Assembly (NCBI GenBank): GCA_013265495.1
Contig: MU058037.1
Span: forward strand, 312,001-376,000
Source of the DNA: Vicugna vicugna
Lineage: Eukaryota
Length of the DNA: 64,000 bases
Direction of reading: 5' to 3'
The notes under the pieces were generated by a model that saw only the letters and a list, made by a program, of their open reading frames with translations, searched no databases and was not told where the DNA came from. Positions 61,601 to 64,000 of the stretch are shown piece by piece (within the stretch, counting starts at the first letter, position 1; every line of letters starts with the position of its first letter). Position numbers and translations under genes: made by a program.

Positions 61601-62712
61601 GAGATTGAAGTCATAATTCTTCAAAAAAGGAAAGGCCAAGATCATTTCACTGGCAAACTCTACAAAACATTTAAGGAAGAAATAATACAAGTTGTACACA
61701 GTGTTTTCCAGAAAATCGAAAAGGAGAGAACACTTTCAAACTCATCTGATGAGACCAGCAGTGCCTTGATATCAAACCCATACAAAGACAGGACAAGAAT
61801 AAAACTATAGACTAATATCCCTTATGACCAGAGACCTAAAATTCCTTGAGAAAATATTAGCAAAAAAAAAAAATCCAATCCACCAACATATAAAAAGAAT
61901 AATACACCACATCAAGTGGGATTTGTTTCAAGAATGCAAGGCTGTTTTAATATTTGAAAATCAATCAATGAATTCTACCATACTAACAACCTAAATTTAA
62001 AAACTCCATGTGATTATATCAATTGACATAGAAAAGCATTTGACAAAATTCAACATCCATTATGAGAAAGCTCTGTGCAAACTAAAAATAGAAAGCAATG
62101 TCCTGGTAAAGGGCAGCTACAAAACTCCCAGAGCTGACATTACTTCCCCATGAAAGACTGGACACTTTCCCTCTAATACCAGGAACAAGGCAGAGATGTC
62201 CCATTCTCATCACTGCTACTCAATATCATACTAGAGGTCCTGGATAGTGGAATAAGGAATGAAAAACAAATAAAAAGTATATAAAGTGAAAGGAGAGAAA
62301 TAACGACTTTCTCTATTCCCAAACAACATGATTGTTTATGGAGAATATCCCAATATCTACAAAAGCTTTCAAAACTAATAAATGAGTTTAAGGAGGTCAC
62401 GGGATACTAGGTAAAAACACAAAAATCAGTTATATTTCTATGTACTAGCAATGAATAATGGAAACTGAAATTTAAAAAATCATAATTTTAATTACTCCAA
62501 AAAATGAAATACATATGTATAAACCTAACAAAACATATGAAGGATACATATGCTGAAAACTACAGAACACTGATAACAAAATCAAAGAAAAACTAAATAA
62601 CTGGAGAACATACTATGTTCGTAGATTAAAAGACTCAACATAGCAAAGATTTCTGTTTTCCCTCTATTGATCTATGTATTTAACAAAATATCAGAATTCC
62701 AGCAGGAATTTT
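58605..62712 (+). mobile_element. Old L1 with 5' UTR, ORF1 and ORF2 RT region (decayed; endonuclease region missing)
   Basis: ORF 60048-60320 is L1 ORF1 (IFEEIMVRNFPDL..PRHIIMKLLK..KERILKATREK..LRADFS). ORF2 motifs follow after 61460 (AAGAATGCAAGGCTG; CAATTGACATAGAAAAGCATTTGAC; GGAACAAGGCAGAGATGTCC). Confidence 0.9.
60850..61455 (+). mobile_element. Younger L1 (L1MA-like) 3' end nested between host ORF1 and ORF2
   Basis: AATGCAAATCAAAACCACAGTAAGATATCACC...GGTGGGAATGTAAATTGGTGCAGCCAC...CAATTATACCTCAATAAAGCTAAAAAAA. Confidence 0.85.
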
Positions 62713-62714
62713 TA

Positions 62715-63075
62715 GTATTGATTATCTCTTGCTGTGTACCCAAAATGTAGTGACTTAAAACAGTGCACATTTATTATTCACAGTTTGAATCGGGAATCTG
62801 GACAGGGGTTATCTGGCTTCTCTTTTACGAGTCTCTCAGATACTGCAATTGAGATGTAGGCTGGGCTATTGCCATCTTACGTCTTGACTGGAGAAGGATC
62901 CACTTCTAAGCTCATGTGGTTTTTAGCAGGATTCTGTTCTTTGTGGGCTGTTAGACCAAGGGTCTCAACTTCTTTGTGTTTGTTGTCTGGAGGCTATCCT
63001 CTTTTCTTTACCTTCTAGGCTTTTCCAACATGGCCGCTTGTTTCCTCAAAGCTAGCAAGAGAGAAAGAGTGAGAG
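62715..63075 (-). mobile_element. MaLR LTR fragment (MLT1E/F-like)
   Basis: TAGTGACTTAAAACA...CATTTATTAT...TTGACTGGAGAAGGATCCACTTCTAAGCTCA...CAACATGGC. Confidence 0.75.
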
Positions 63076-63089
63076 AGAGGAGAGAAGAC

Positions 63090-63390
63090 AGAGGGCTAAA
63101 GAGGATCAGTAAATCACAAAAGGGTAATAGAAGCTGTTGAAAGGTATGGTGGCCAGGGAAGGCTTCAGTGAGAGTTTTAAGAGTAAATGTCTGAAGGAGG
63201 AGGAGAAGTGACCCAAGTGTCTCTCTGTAGGAAGAGATTTTCAGGCAGAGGAAACAGCATGTGCAAATATCTGAAGAAGAAATATGTATGGAGGTACAAG
63301 GCAGAGCAAAGAGGCTGGTATGACTGGAGCACAGTGAACTCCAGGGAGGGAAATAGGGGATAAGTAAAGAGGAGTAACAGGTGGCAGGGG
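63090..63390 (-). mobile_element. L2 fragment
   Basis: GGTGGCCAGGGAAGGCTTC...CAGGCAGAGGAAACAGCATGTGCAAA...GACTGGAGCACAGTGA. Confidence 0.8.
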
Positions 63391-64000
63391 AGATTTGCTG
63401 GATGAATGTGCCAATGAAGCTATAGAAAAACTTTCATCATCTTTCTTCTACAACATGTTGATGTTTTTCATCTTTATTTTGGAGAGAAAATTATTTTGTG
63501 TCTGTTGTTGTGATCCATTGTCCACAATTTTATACTGTTATTTTAGCTCGGTCTACATTTCAAGTGGCTTCACTATTCCTTAATGGCTCATCATTTTTTG
63601 ACAATTGAAGTTGGTTATTAAATTGTTCCTTAGTGTTTCCGTTTTTGTTTCTCTGTTAAGATACTGTTTTCTAACCCTGTTGCCATTGTTGCCATTCTTG
63701 TTTCTGGACTGTTTGATGATTCCCCAACTCCCTCTCTGTTGTACAGTCCTGGGCAGGACTTGAAATTTTCTTAGGAATCTGACCTGAAGTTGTACATAAT
63801 GACCAGTATATTCTATTGCAAGTTTGAAGAACACAAAATTAAAGCCCATGTGTTTTCAGTTAATTTTTTAAAAGCCTGAACTTTTATGATACAAGAGATA
63901 TTTTACCAGTTTTAGGGATAGTTAATTTTGTAATTGATGATCAGCTCTTGAAACTGCTACCTGAGGTGAAAATAGTGCACTGGTTCTTTAATTTGAACTT

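Noticed and set aside
1..64000. CRISPR arrays, operons, rRNA/snRNA genes, NUMTs, processed pseudogenes
   Set aside because: This is mammalian repeat-rich DNA. I saw no regularly spaced repeat-spacer array and no recognisable structural RNA, mitochondrial or mRNA-derived sequence.

Overview
AT-rich eutherian mammal genomic DNA (GC looks roughly mid-30s % by eye), with no CpG island. It is most likely a camelid: a tRNA-derived Vic-1-type SINE head lies at ~20.3 kb, and I saw no Alu, B1, Bov-A/tA, PRE1 or CanSINE. I could not identify any protein-coding gene. The long ORFs in the supplied track are L1 ORF1/ORF2 remnants, antisense L1/L2/LTR sequence or low-complexity noise. More than half of the window is nested, mostly ancient interspersed repeats: L1 of several ages, HAL1, L2, three dispersed L3/CR1 relics (all on +), MIRs, MaLR/ERVL/ERV1 solo LTRs, and MER5/MER20/MER58/MER63 DNA-transposon MITEs. 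Repeat-poor stretches (about 15-19, 41-45, 48-51 and 56-58 kb) hold candidate regulatory elements and weak exon-like signals. The best leads are: two poly(A)-only retrotransposition scars with target-site duplications (TSDs); a tail-to-tail L2 hairpin with miR-95/421/545-like architecture; an ~85-bp non-TE direct duplication; a GC-rich insert with 10-bp direct repeats in a rearranged L1; a triple MYB motif; and a motif-dense candidate enhancer. I cannot support a claim of a new biological system. Subfamily names come from memory of consensus sequences, and boundaries are approximate unless a TSD is given.
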